Shown in pieces: positions 49,460-58,829 of a DNA stretch of 61,833 nucleotides. Numbering within the stretch: the first letter of the stretch is position 1; the number at the start of each line of letters is the position of its first letter. A program made the position numbers and the translations under genes. The notes below the pieces were generated by a model, which was given only the letters and a program-made list of their open reading frames with translations, had not been told where the DNA came from and searched no databases. Origin of the DNA: a bacterium (lineage in GTDB: Bacteria; Patescibacteriota; Minisyncoccia; Phycocordibacterales; JABMNX01); the NCBI GenBank assembly GCA_002687905.1, contig NZBM01000007.1:1-61833 (forward strand). Reading direction: 5' to 3'.

Positions 49460-50782
49460 ATGCCAAAATCCAAGAAAGTAGCAAAGAAAAAAGCTAAAAA
49501 GAAGGTAGCAAAGAGGGCGACCAAGAAGAAATCCCCCAAGCGCTCAATTCGAAAAGCTGTCAGGAAAGCTGTAAAAAAGGTGGTTAAAAAAGCCGCCAAA
49601 AAGAAGGTAGCAAAAAAGAAAGTAGTAAAGAAAGCGGCTAAGAAAAAAGTTGCTAAAAAGGCACCTAAGAAAGTTGCTAAAAAAACAAAGAAGTTAAGCA
49701 AGAAAGAAAAAGACAAGCAAGATAAAGCAGAAGGGCTTCTTGTAAAAGGACGCGAGCGCGGCTACGTTACATATGACGAGATTCTTAAAGAGTTTCCAAA
49801 AATAGAGGAGGACGTGCTTTTCCTTGAGGAAATGTACGAGAAATTTAATACTGCAAATGTAGATGTTCTTGAGGGAGGCGGAATGCTTGAAGAAGCGGCT
49901 ACAGAGGAGCTTCTAGATAAGAAAAACCTATATAGAAGGGGAAGTGAATCCACATATGATTCTATTCAAATGTATCTTAGAGAGATTGGTCGCTATTCTC
50001 TTCTTGTGGCACAGGAAGAAAGAGAACTGGCGCAAAGAATTTTAGACGGAGACGGTGAAGCCAGAAACCTCCTGGCTCGTGCAAACCTTAGGCTGGTAGT
50101 ATCAATTGCAAAGCGCTACGCAGGACGAAGTCCTGATCTTACTCTTCTTGACCTTATTCAAGAGGGAAATATTGGACTGTTTAAAGCGGTTGATAAATTT
50201 GACCACACAAAAGGATACAAGTTCTCAACGTATGCAACGTGGTGGATTAGGCAAGCCATAACAAGAGCGCTAGCCGATCAGTCTAGAACAATTCGTATTC
50301 CGGTTCATATGGTTGAGACCATTGCGAAATATAAGCAGGTCTCCCGCAGACTTGCGCAGGACTTAGGGCGTGATCCACTTCCTGAAGAGATTGCAACCGA
50401 AATGGGTCTTGAAGTAGAGAAGATTCATAATATTGAAAAGATTAATCAAGACACGGTTTCACTTGAAAATCCTGTAGGAGATGAGGATGACGGAAAAAGT
50501 ACACTAGGAGACTTTATACCAGATGAAAGAATTCTATCGCCTGACCAGATGTCCGCAAGAAGGATTTTAACCGATCAAGTACATCAGATTCTTCACGAAC
50601 TTTCACCAAAAGAAAGAAAAATTCTTGAGATGCGTCATGGTCTTGAAGACGGAATTTACCACACACTTGAAGAAGTTGGGAAAGAATTCGGAGTAACACG
50701 TGAGCGAATTCGACAAATTGAAGCGAAAGCATTAGAGAAAATACGAACCCACGAGCGCTCAAATCAGCTTAAAAACTACTAA
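49460..50782 (+). CDS. rpoD: Primary sigma factor with a Lys/Ala/Val-rich N-terminal extension
   Basis: [25 protein letters not shown] and [10 protein letters not shown]. The start may instead be the ATG at 49442. Confidence 0.95.
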   Translation: MPKSKKVAKKKAKKKVAKRATKKKSPKRSIRKAVRKAVKKVVKKAAKKKVAKKKVVKKAAKKKVAKKAPKKVAKKTKKLSKKEKDKQDKAEGLLVKGRERGYVTYDEILKEFPKIEEDVLFLEEMYEKFNTANVDVLEGGGMLEEAATEELLDKKNLYRRGSESTYDSIQMYLREIGRYSLLVAQEERELAQRILDGDGEARNLLARANLRLVVSIAKRYAGRSPDLTLLDLIQEGNIGLFKAVDKFDHTKGYKFSTYATWWIRQAITRALADQSRTIRIPVHMVETIAKYKQVSRRLAQDLGRDPLPEEIATEMGLEVEKIHNIEKINQDTVSLENPVGDEDDGKSTLGDFIPDERILSPDQMSARRILTDQVHQILHELSPKERKILEMRHGLEDGIYHTLEEVGKEFGVTRERIRQIEAKALEKIRTHERSNQLKNY

Positions 50783-50817
50783 AATTTAGGATAATAGAGC
50801 GTGATATACTTGCCTCG

Positions 50818-51630
50818 ATGAGGCAAAAACCTCCTATAGAGCACTGGAGCTACTCTTCCTTGATGTCTTTTTTGAGGAATCCTTTGGCGTGGTATAAGCG
50901 CTATGTTGAGAAGGTTTACGACACTCCTTCGTCACCTTCTTCCTTTGTTGGGCGCGCAGGCCATTTAGCACTTGAGAATTTCTATAACGGAATGCCAAGA
51001 GATAAGGCAATTGAAAGTGGTCTTAGCTACATACAAAATGTGGCTGATTTTGATATAAATTTTGGCAAAATAAAGACCAATACCGCAAAGAAGAAAAAAC
51101 GCGTTTCAATGGAGAGGGAATACAATCAAGCAATATCATTCTATTTAAATAGACCGCCAAGACATAAAGTGCTTGGCGTAGAAGTGAGTGGTACTGTTGA
51201 GGTGGACGGCTTAGAGCTTCCTATAAAAGCGATTTCAGATTTAGTGGTTTCTTCAAGGGTGGAGAGAGGAGCGGTTGATATAGTTGACCATAAATTTGTT
51301 GATACTTTTAGCAGTAAGGGCTCGCAGAAGACTCTTTTTATTATCCAAGCCATATTTAATTACTACACGATAAGCGATTTATATGGAAAGCCTGTAAAGA
51401 GATTTATTATCCAGGAATGTAAAAGAAAGAGAAACACAGACGGCTCTTCTCAAATGAGGCGTCACATTATCAACTTTGATGACTGCAAGGAGGAATTTGC
51501 TTTATTTCACAGGCTAGTAAACGATGCTACAAAAGAGATTAGCCGCCCCAGAATGTATCTTCCAAACCCATCGGATATGTTTGAGGGGGAGAATTCTTTT
51601 GATATATATCGACTAGGTCTGGTTGAGTGA
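50818..51630 (+). CDS. PD-(D/E)XK nuclease family protein
   Basis: WSYSSL, GRAGHLALE and ISDLVV..IVDHK. Confidence 0.75.
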   Translation: MRQKPPIEHWSYSSLMSFLRNPLAWYKRYVEKVYDTPSSPSSFVGRAGHLALENFYNGMPRDKAIESGLSYIQNVADFDINFGKIKTNTAKKKKRVSMEREYNQAISFYLNRPPRHKVLGVEVSGTVEVDGLELPIKAISDLVVSSRVERGAVDIVDHKFVDTFSSKGSQKTLFIIQAIFNYYTISDLYGKPVKRFIIQECKRKRNTDGSSQMRRHIINFDDCKEEFALFHRLVNDATKEISRPRMYLPNPSDMFEGENSFDIYRLGLVE

Positions 51631-52353
51631 TTATCCTTCTTCTTCAATAGTAGGAACACCGATGAAGCCCCCGTCATTAAGGATTGATTGAACAAAACCA
51701 TCGAGTGAGCTAAACGGTTGTGCCCCCTCAATAGGAACTTGTTCGTCTCCTACAATTATTACTGTGTGCGGAGTGCCGCGAGCACCACTGTCAACAGCTT
51801 CTTGGTAGCTTTTTGAAACTTCTTTTCTGAATTTTCTGTCATCAAGACATTTTTCAAACTCATTTCTATCTAGCCCTACTTCCTCCGCAATTTCGGGTAA
51901 ACGGTCCAGGTTTAGTCCATTGTTTGACGGAGTTACCTCAAACAATCTGTCGGCATATGCCCAGAATCCGTCATTTCCACCAACATCCGCTGCACACTCT
52001 GTAGCCTCGGCTTCAATAGTAGCCTTTGAGTGGAGTTGGGCAATTGGGAAGTGGCGGTAGACCCAGGCTACTGTTCCGTCAGCACCATACTTGTCTATTA
52101 TTTGGTGCATTGAATTGTGGAAATCCTTACAGAATGGACACTCAAAATCAGAATATTCAACAAAAACTATTGGAGCTTCTGGATTTCCAAGGATATGGTC
52201 ATCCGCGTTAACTGCGGGAACTTGTGGTTCGTCCTTAATATCTGTATCAGTCGGCTTATCAGAAGGTGTGCGATTAGTAAGATATATTGCTCCTCCAATT
52301 AGAGCGCCCGCTACTATTACTGCGATTGGAATAGTTAATTTGTTTTCTCCCAT
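51631..52353 (-). CDS. DsbA-family thioredoxin-fold protein
   Basis: N-terminal TM, EYSDFECPFC and GTP (cis-Pro). Confidence 0.9.
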   Translation of the reverse strand: MGENKLTIPIAVIVAGALIGGAIYLTNRTPSDKPTDTDIKDEPQVPAVNADDHILGNPEAPIVFVEYSDFECPFCKDFHNSMHQIIDKYGADGTVAWVYRHFPIAQLHSKATIEAEATECAADVGGNDGFWAYADRLFEVTPSNNGLNLDRLPEIAEEVGLDRNEFEKCLDDRKFRKEVSKSYQEAVDSGARGTPHTVIIVGDEQVPIEGAQPFSSLDGFVQSILNDGGFIGVPTIEEEG

Positions 52354-52405
52354 ATATAATTTAAGATTAGTGATGACATTTTATCATAGTTAAAGTTTTT
52401 TCAAG

Positions 52406-53200
52406 ATGGATCTAATTTTTGCCATATTTTTGGGAGTTGTACAGGGTCTAACCGAGTTTCTTCCTATTTCCTCTTCGGGACACCTCATATTAGCTCGGGA
52501 GTTTTTTGGAGTTACCGGGTCTTATGACTTGGCAGTAGATGCTCTTCTTCATTTTGCAACAGCCTCCGCGATACTAGTTTACTTTAGGAAAGATTTCTTA
52601 CGCATATTAAGAAGTCTTTCAAATTGGCTCTCCCGAAGGCCAATGGAGAGCGAAAATAAGACTCTGTTTTTTGCACTTGTTTTTGGTACTTTGCCTGCGG
52701 TTGTATTAGGAATACTTCTTGAGGGTTTGATGGAGACTACATTTAGAGACGCAAGCTTGGTTGCATGGGCTTTGATATTGGGCTCCCTACTCATGCTTTT
52801 GGGGGAGAGGCTTGGAAGACAGGCTGATAAGATAACTGTCCGCAAAGGGCTCATAATAGGATTTTTCCAATCTCTTGCACTTATTCCTGGGATGAGTCGC
52901 TCCGGTATGGCTATTTCAGGTGGGCTATTACTTGGATTAAACAGGGAAGAGGCAACAAAATTTGCATTTATGCTCGGCTTTCCAATTTTAATAGGAGCGG
53001 GGCTTGCAAAGGCGGCAGAGCTCTACTCAACAGGAGTGCTCATATCAGACGCTTTTTCTTTGACCCTTTCAATAATTGCAGCATTTACAACAGGACTATT
53101 TGCAATACATTATCTTCTTAAGTTTCTTAAAAACCATTCCCTTAATGTATTTATTATTTATAGATTAGCACTCGCAGCTTTGGTTTTGATTCTCTTATAA
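52406..53200 (+). CDS. uppP: Undecaprenyl-diphosphatase
   Basis: QGLTEFLPISSSGH and PGMSRSG. Confidence 0.95.
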   Translation: MDLIFAIFLGVVQGLTEFLPISSSGHLILAREFFGVTGSYDLAVDALLHFATASAILVYFRKDFLRILRSLSNWLSRRPMESENKTLFFALVFGTLPAVVLGILLEGLMETTFRDASLVAWALILGSLLMLLGERLGRQADKITVRKGLIIGFFQSLALIPGMSRSGMAISGGLLLGLNREEATKFAFMLGFPILIGAGLAKAAELYSTGVLISDAFSLTLSIIAAFTTGLFAIHYLLKFLKNHSLNVFIIYRLALAALVLILL

Positions 53201-53205
53201 CCCTT

Positions 53206-53230
53206 ACGACCCGCGCTATGTGCGGGTCGT
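53206..53230. terminator. Hairpin between convergent genes
   Basis: ACGACCCGC/GCGGGTCGT stem. Confidence 0.6.
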
Positions 53231-53237
53231 CCTGTGT

Positions 53238-53351
53238 CTATTTTCGGCTACCTCTCAGGCATGAAGAGATGTGGTCTCCGTAGTAGAGAAGCGGTGAAGT
53301 GGCGGCTCCAGACAGAACCACCAAGGCGCCAAGGACTATTAGGTCGGACAT
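53238..53351 (-). CDS. Unannotated 37-aa small membrane protein
   Basis: MSDLIVLGALVVLSGAATSPLLYYGDHISSCLRGSRK, with GTGAGG 5 nt before the ATG and a hairpin after the stop. Confidence 0.5.
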   Translation of the reverse strand: MSDLIVLGALVVLSGAATSPLLYYGDHISSCLRGSRK

Positions 53352-53397
53352 GTAGGCCTCACTTTTTAATTGCTACCTAAATAATGCCACAGAAAAA

Positions 53398-53973
53398 TCA
53401 GAAAGGTAATGAATGGGTGAGAGTAGAATCCTCCTTTTTCTCCCAGTCCGAAGTATTCAGCTCAATAGTCTTTATGTCGCCACAGTTTTTGTACTTTAAC
53501 TGACCTTTTTTAAGTGCATAGTCATAGAGCTCCTTGGTGATTTTCACATCATCAAGGCAGTATTTCTTAACTTTCTCTACTTCGCCCTCTTTCCACCATT
53601 TCACAGCATCAAGTCCATTTCCGCTTTTATTTGTGCCAAGAGTAGCTTCAGCGACAGAATCTAGTCTCAACCTTTTTCCAAGAGAGTTCTTTATCTCTTT
53701 TAGAAGGTCAATACTTTTAATGCTGTGCAAATCTCCGTGATAATACTTATTCAAAAGTGGAATATCAAAGTGGTCAGAATTGTAACCAATTAAAACGTCA
53801 GCACTTTCAATCACCGGCCACAGTTCTGAAAACTCTTCCACTAAGTAGGCTCTGTATTTGTCAGTTGAAGAATCATAGACTCCAACTACTGAAATATCTA
53901 AAGACTTCGGGTCAAAACCACCCGATCCTAAGAATTCATTACTAGTTTCAATATCAAAGACTATCTTTTTCAT
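53398..53973 (-). CDS. RNase H-like / DEDD 3'-5' exonuclease domain protein
   Basis: FDIET, GYNSDHFD and YCLDDV. Confidence 0.85.
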   Translation of the reverse strand: MKKIVFDIETSNEFLGSGGFDPKSLDISVVGVYDSSTDKYRAYLVEEFSELWPVIESADVLIGYNSDHFDIPLLNKYYHGDLHSIKSIDLLKEIKNSLGKRLRLDSVAEATLGTNKSGNGLDAVKWWKEGEVEKVKKYCLDDVKITKELYDYALKKGQLKYKNCGDIKTIELNTSDWEKKEDSTLTHSLPF

Positions 53974-53986
53974 CTTCTAGGTAAAT

Positions 53987-55234
53987 TTAGCTCCAGATAG
54001 CAGAAGCGATATCTCCTTTACTCACTTCTTTTTCTTCTCCTGTCTCTAGGTTCTTCAGCTTAAATTTTTCACTTTTTATCTCCTCTTCACCAATACAAAT
54101 CACGTAGGGTATAGACTTCTTGCTCGCAAGTTTTACCTGGTCACCTACTTTTTTACTCGAGGCATCTACCTCAACGTTTAGCCCCACACTCCTTAGTTCG
54201 CGGGCGAGTCTGGTTGAGAAATCTACAACATCTTTATCGAGCGTGCACAAGTATAAATCTGTATTTGATTCATATTCTGGCATTAGGTTGTAAGTTTCAA
54301 GAAAATCCTTCATTGTCACATCTCCCATTCCAAAACCAACAGCTGAAAGCGGCTCTTCGTCAAAGATAGAGAGCAAGTTGTCATAGCGTCCACCACCAAA
54401 AAGAGAGCGTGTATTTTCACCCCCTGTATCATAGACCTCAAACACAATTCCTGTGTAATAGTCAAAGCCGCGCACTATAGCAGTGTTTATTACGACGTTT
54501 GTTACTCCCAGACCTTCAAGTCTTCTAACCAGCTCTTCCAAGTTTTTTGATGAGCTCGCCCTTCCTAGAAGCTCGCTTAATTTAGCCGCTTTATCTCCAA
54601 TAAGACCTTCAAGTTTTTTAGAGAAGTCGTCAATCTTATCCTTTCTATCAAGGAGTCGCATTACACCAGCTCTCTCTCCATCTTTAAGATTAAGTTCATC
54701 AAATACTGACTCAAGAAGCCCTCGATCAGAAACTCGTATTTCAAAGTCGCTGTCCTCGGCACCGAAGGCTCTCATTATCTCTGAAGCAAGGGCTATTATC
54801 TCAACTTCTCCGTCAAGTCCCCCCACTCCAAATATGTCAGCATTTAGTTGCCAGTGCTCACGCAGACGGCCTTTCTGCGGTCTTTCATAGCGAAATACAT
54901 TTGGAATTGAATACCAGCGCAGAGGCAGCATTAGCTCGCGTCTTTTTGCGGCAAGCATTCTGGCAACAGTTGGGGTCATCTCTGGCCTTAAAGTAACCTC
55001 ACGCTCACCTCTGTCTTTAAAGTTATATGTTTGCTCATTTACTATCTCATCGCTTGTTTTTCCACGATAGAGCTCTGAAGGCTCAAGGACAGAGGCCGAA
55101 TATTCTGTATAGCCAAAAGACTCTGCCACCATAGACATAGTGTCAGTTATGTAATTTTGTACGAATTGTTGTTCTGGGTAAAAGTCACGGACTCCTTTAT
55201 ATGACTCCGTGGGAACCCCGTTTTTATTGCTCAT
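53987..55234 (-). CDS. hisS: Histidine-tRNA ligase
   Basis: LRPEMT, RYERPQKGRLRE, RGFDYYTG and GGGRYD. Confidence 0.96.
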   Translation of the reverse strand: MSNKNGVPTESYKGVRDFYPEQQFVQNYITDTMSMVAESFGYTEYSASVLEPSELYRGKTSDEIVNEQTYNFKDRGEREVTLRPEMTPTVARMLAAKRRELMLPLRWYSIPNVFRYERPQKGRLREHWQLNADIFGVGGLDGEVEIIALASEIMRAFGAEDSDFEIRVSDRGLLESVFDELNLKDGERAGVMRLLDRKDKIDDFSKKLEGLIGDKAAKLSELLGRASSSKNLEELVRRLEGLGVTNVVINTAIVRGFDYYTGIVFEVYDTGGENTRSLFGGGRYDNLLSIFDEEPLSAVGFGMGDVTMKDFLETYNLMPEYESNTDLYLCTLDKDVVDFSTRLARELRSVGLNVEVDASSKKVGDQVKLASKKSIPYVICIGEEEIKSEKFKLKNLETGEEKEVSKGDIASAIWS

Positions 55235-55265
55235 AGGCCCAATTGTAGCCTAAATATGTAAACGA

Positions 55266-55301
55266 GGAACCCCCTCTGGCTTTTCGGCCAGAGGGGGTTC
55301 C
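55266..55301. terminator. 15-bp-stem hairpin
   Basis: GGAACCCCCTCTGGC-TTTTCG-GCCAGAGGGGGTTCC. Confidence 0.65.
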
Positions 55302-55576
55302 CGCTGCTCGGTCTACTCTAGTGGGAGCGATATTCCGCTCTTAGTTTAATTTGGGATTTTCTGTGCGAACTCAGCCACACTATTTTTTTATCCCTTAACT
55401 ACTTATTAATCCGGAATCCTCCAAACAGAGTAAACTTAATTTAAGTATTTATCTTCATTTTTTTAAGTCAATAAGGAAAACAGCCATTTCAGTGGGAAAG
55501 CTGTGGAGATGCTGTGTAAAACTAAAAAAAGTTGTGGATAGCTAGTTTCAGGCTTCTAGTATATGCTTCTTAGGTT

Positions 55577-55999
55577 ATGTCTAAGAAGAAAGCGAGAAAA
55601 AATGGTCTTGTTGTTAAAAAATCAAAGCCGGGTGCTGGTTTTGGGCTTTTTGTTACAGAACCAATAAAGAAGGGAGAGTTCATAATTGAGTATGTAGGGG
55701 AGATCATCCCTACAAAAGAAGCTGACGAGAGGGGAACCAGGTATCTTTTTGATATAAGTACTAGAAGAGTTGTAGATGGTTCGCCTCGCTACAATCTAGC
55801 TCGTTATATAAACCACTCTTGCAAGCCAAATTGCGAGCCTGAAATAGATGGAAGTCATATCTATATTTATGCGCTTAGAAATATAAAGGAAGGTGAGGAA
55901 CTTGGATATGATTACGGCAAAGAATATTTTGCTGAATATCTAAAAGGGTGTTGCAAGTGCGGGAACTGCAACGGCTCAGACAAGATATTAAAAAAATGA
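55577..55999 (+). CDS. SET-domain protein-lysine methyltransferase
   Basis: GFGLF, EYVGE, RYINHSCKPN, EELGYDY and a post-SET CKC..C. Confidence 0.92.
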   Translation: MSKKKARKNGLVVKKSKPGAGFGLFVTEPIKKGEFIIEYVGEIIPTKEADERGTRYLFDISTRRVVDGSPRYNLARYINHSCKPNCEPEIDGSHIYIYALRNIKEGEELGYDYGKEYFAEYLKGCCKCGNCNGSDKILKK

Positions 56000-56098
56000 C
56001 AGTCTCTGCGTTTTTCAGACAGCCACAATAGCATCTATTTGAGCTCTGCAGCCCGAATATTAGATCTATAGATCGAAAAATTTACTGACAACTCAAAA

Positions 56099-56144
56099 AA
56101 CCCTCCTTAATATCTCAGCCATGGCTGAGATATTAAGGAGGGTT
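56099..56144. repeat. 46-bp loopless perfect palindrome
   Basis: AACCCTCCTTAATATCTCAGCCA|TGGCTGAGATATTAAGGAGGGTT. Confidence 0.9.
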
Positions 56145-56211
56145 AAAAAATTGTATTCAAAAAATGTTTAAAAATATTCAAAGAGGTATAGCAAAATAAA
56201 AAAGCCGGTCC

Positions 56212-56240
56212 GCAGCGGAAGGGAAAGTCCCTTCCGCTGC
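56212..56240 (-). terminator. Rho-independent terminator of the GC-rich orphan gene
   Basis: 13-bp stem GCAGCGGAAGGGA/TCCCTTCCGCTGC with a T-tract on the minus strand. Confidence 0.75.
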
Positions 56241-56265
56241 AGTACCGTACTTGTTGTGGTCGCCG

Positions 56266-56952
56266 TCAGGCTGGCACTATCTCGGCCTGATGTTCGAGCG
56301 GCTCGTTCTCTGGGCCTCCCACAAGTTTCGCGGGGAAACCGCTGTCACCGGGGTCCGGCCGGTCGTCCACGTCGGCGCCGGCGACCTCGGGCACCAAGAC
56401 ATGACCGCTCTCGCCGATCTCGAAGGCGTGCTCCACGCCGATGACGCCGCCGAGCTTGAGCATCGCGCGGAGCAGGTCGTCACGGTGGAAGCCGCCGTAA
56501 CCCGCGCTGTCGATCTTGCCGAAGGCCTGAAGTCTGCCGACGATGCTGCCGTACATGTCCGAAAGCGCCTCACGCTCGAACTCCTCGGACCACATGGCCA
56601 GGACCTCGGCGCAACCGGCCAGCGTGATGACCGTGGCGTCATCGTCCTCGATGATCTTCAGGAACTGGGCCTCGAGCTCGCCGGTGCCGTTGGCGGTGGC
56701 CAGGTCGCGAAGGCGCGCGATGTGGTTCTCGAACTTCTCGTAGCGACCCACGACTACTGCAACCGCCGCGCCGGAAACGGCGATGGCGGCGAAGTTGCCC
56801 AGGATGCGACACTCGCTGACTAGGTCCAGATGACCCTGCAAGACGCCCTGGCGGTAGATGTTGGAGGTCTCCGACGAATAGCCGAGGATGTTCATGATCG
56901 CACCCGGCAGGACAACGTGGTATTCGGGTAGTTTGTCGATCAGCTGGTTCAA
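56266..56952 (-). CDS. High-GC orphan protein (228 aa)
   Basis: TTG start 7 nt after GGAGGT on the minus strand, with strong G/C bias at third codon positions. Confidence 0.7.
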   Translation of the reverse strand: MNQLIDKLPEYHVVLPGAIMNILGYSSETSNIYRQGVLQGHLDLVSECRILGNFAAIAVSGAAVAVVVGRYEKFENHIARLRDLATANGTGELEAQFLKIIEDDDATVITLAGCAEVLAMWSEEFEREALSDMYGSIVGRLQAFGKIDSAGYGGFHRDDLLRAMLKLGGVIGVEHAFEIGESGHVLVPEVAGADVDDRPDPGDSGFPAKLVGGPENEPLEHQAEIVPA

Positions 56953-57024
56953 TGTACCAACCTCCCATTTTATAGAACAACCCGCCAATTTGGCGGGATC
57001 TGCACCCTCTGCGCAGACCAGAGA

Positions 57025-57053
57025 ATGGTAGCATGGGTAATTAATAGTGTCAA
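57025..57053 (-). promoter_or_regulatory. Sigma70 promoter for the GC-rich orphan
   Basis: TTGACA-17 bp-TACCAT with a TG extension, on the minus strand. Confidence 0.7.
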
Positions 57054-57123
57054 TATAAAATGTTAAAAGCCGGCACGAACGTAGTGTTCGTGCCGAAGGC
57101 GGCCTTAACTAAGCTCAATTAAT

Positions 57124-57333
57124 CTATGTGGTTAGAGAAAATAGACCCTGTATAGCCACAAGCGTAACGACGTTTATTCCCACTATTAATGTAAATATAG
57201 GGAGTTTCTCGTCAAAATGTTTTGCGCCTTTCACCGTCGTCCAAATACTATATGTAATAACTATCATTAAAAGCACAACCGCCGCGAGAAATGCTATTGC
57301 AAGGGAGTGCACTACCTCAACTAAAATATCCAT
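57124..57333 (-). CDS. Small two-TM membrane protein
   Basis: 69 aa with two hydrophobic segments; hairpin at 57071-57095 downstream. Confidence 0.6.
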   Translation of the reverse strand: MDILVEVVHSLAIAFLAAVVLLMIVITYSIWTTVKGAKHFDEKLPIFTLIVGINVVTLVAIQGLFSLTT

Positions 57334-57481
57334 TTATTTACTCTGTTTAAATATTAATCTCGGCTAAATAGACCGAGCAGCGAATGAAATTATATCATGA
57401 CTATCTTTAAAAACGACATATTCCACATCAGGTTTCAAATACAAAACACCTCCTTCAAAAGAGGCGTTTTGTTGAGTTTCC

Positions 57482-57865
57482 TTAGGCGTAGAAACCGACG
57501 TATGACAGATATGCTCCCACCGCAAGAGAGAGAAGAAGAAGTCCTCTCAAAAGAGTGTAGTTGTCCTTAAATCTCTTTTTCCAAGAATGCGCGAATTCTG
57601 GGTATGCCATATAGACTATTCCTTTAGCAAGTGCCGCCCAACCAAAGAATGTTACAAGACCAACCCAGCTAGCCTCCCAGATGTTGTGTACCAGAACGTG
57701 CAAGATTCCTATGATCAGAGATACAAAAGCTATTGTAAAAACAAAATTATCGTCATCCACCAAGTCCATTAGTCTTCTGATTGATTTCTTGTTTATCAAA
57801 AAAACAGCACCGACTATTAGGAGATAAAGTCCCCAAGCTTGCGCCAAAAATAGAGATAAATCCAT
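57482..57865 (-). CDS. Hypothetical membrane protein (4 TM)
   Basis: 127 aa; HNIWEASW..TFFGW..KG. Confidence 0.75.
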   Translation of the reverse strand: MDLSLFLAQAWGLYLLIVGAVFLINKKSIRRLMDLVDDDNFVFTIAFVSLIIGILHVLVHNIWEASWVGLVTFFGWAALAKGIVYMAYPEFAHSWKKRFKDNYTLLRGLLLLSLAVGAYLSYVGFYA

Positions 57866-57933
57866 ATTTAGATTATTAATGCTAATAGTTTAATTCTATT
57901 CCCTTTGTGGCCCCAGGCAATTACGTTGTCCAC

Positions 57934-58152
57934 TTAGAAAGCTAAGACGCCCAATCTATAGAGCAAATTCCCAACCCAGAGAACCAGAATTAAATATGCT
58001 GTGGTCCATCCCTTTGTAGCAGGGAAGTAGCGTGAGAAAAGGCGAAAGTGTTTTGAATACCACTTATCGCCGCCACACCAAGAGACTAGGTTAGCACCAA
58101 TGCTGTCTATAAGAAGCACAAAGAAAACTATTAACTCAAGTGTTATTTCCAT
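57934..58152 (-). CDS. Small membrane protein
   Basis: 72 aa; LLIDSIGAN..RYFPATKGW. Confidence 0.7.
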   Translation of the reverse strand: MEITLELIVFFVLLIDSIGANLVSWCGGDKWYSKHFRLFSRYFPATKGWTTAYLILVLWVGNLLYRLGVLAF

Positions 58153-58264
58153 ACGTTTATTTTAATCTTTTATATAAAAGAAGTGCAATAAAATTGTCAA
58201 CAGGCAGAAACGAAAAAATCCCCGACTAAAAATAGTGGGGATTTTTTCGTTTTAGCTTCGTTTG

Positions 58265-58465
58265 TTAAACTTTGCTTACATTCACTGCTTGAGGACCTTT
58301 ATCACCTTCAGTCACTTCGAACTCTACGTCGTCACCCTCTTTAAGAGAGTCAAACTCAGCATTCTTAAGTTCGTTTGAATGAAAGAACAAGTCCTTCTCT
58401 GCGCCTTCATACTTGATAAAGCCGTAGCCCTTATCCATGATGCGCACAATAGTACCTTTTTCCAT
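58265..58465 (-). CDS. Cold-shock domain protein
   Basis: KGYGFI, DLFFH and KGPQAVNV; terminator hairpin at 58208-58252. Confidence 0.95.
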   Translation of the reverse strand: MEKGTIVRIMDKGYGFIKYEGAEKDLFFHSNELKNAEFDSLKEGDDVEFEVTEGDKGPQAVNVSKV

Positions 58466-58625
58466 TTAGAATGAAACTAAACGAGTAAATCTTTGTGCGG
58501 TTTTACCCGCACGCTTCAAATACACTCTAAAGATTAAACCCGACTAGTTCTCCTCAGTAGTTATTTGATTTGTGCATTATATTACGCTGCCAGTCAAATG
58601 TCAAGAGGTTCAAAAATTAGATTTC

Positions 58626-58748
58626 TTATTTCTTTCCTTTCTTGCTAGCTCTTTCGGCAAGCATGGTGCGCTTTATAGCGAGACGTTTTTTTGTCTTCTT
58701 TGAGCGTGGCGTTCTTCTTTTTTCTATTCCTGTACTTCTTTTTGCCAT
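58626..58748 (-). CDS. Unannotated 40-aa highly basic protein
   Basis: MAKRSTGIEKRRTPRSKKTKKRLAIKRTMLAERASKKGKK, with TATAAT 9 nt before the ATG. Confidence 0.6.
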   Translation of the reverse strand: MAKRSTGIEKRRTPRSKKTKKRLAIKRTMLAERASKKGKK

Positions 58749-58829
58749 AATCACGCGATTATACCCAAATATTTAAAAAACGCTATATATCATTTAGCTT
58801 TTCCATTTTACTTCGCTTATACTTACACA

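Noticed and set aside
6170-54890. Numerous 60-150-aa ORFs antisense to or overlapping housekeeping genes
   Set aside because: They lie within well-supported genes and have no motifs or independent expression signals.
55260-55475. T-box riboswitch upstream of hisS
   Set aside because: No GGTGGNACC T-box motif is present before the hairpin.
55490-55542. Degenerate DnaA-box cluster / oriC
   Set aside because: There is only one near-consensus box (TGTGGATAG) and no dnaA or dnaN nearby. The perfect box at 26584 lies inside a CDS.
56251-56823. 190-aa plus-strand ORF and other overlapping ORFs in the GC-rich patch
   Set aside because: These are shadow frames caused by GC bias; the promoter, SD and terminator all support the minus-strand ORF.
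55302-57382. 14-bp inverted match CGCTGCTCGGTCTA / TAGACCGAGCAGCG around the SET gene and the GC-rich orphan
   Set aside because: A 14-mer match is expected by chance in a window this size, and there is no target duplication or transposase.
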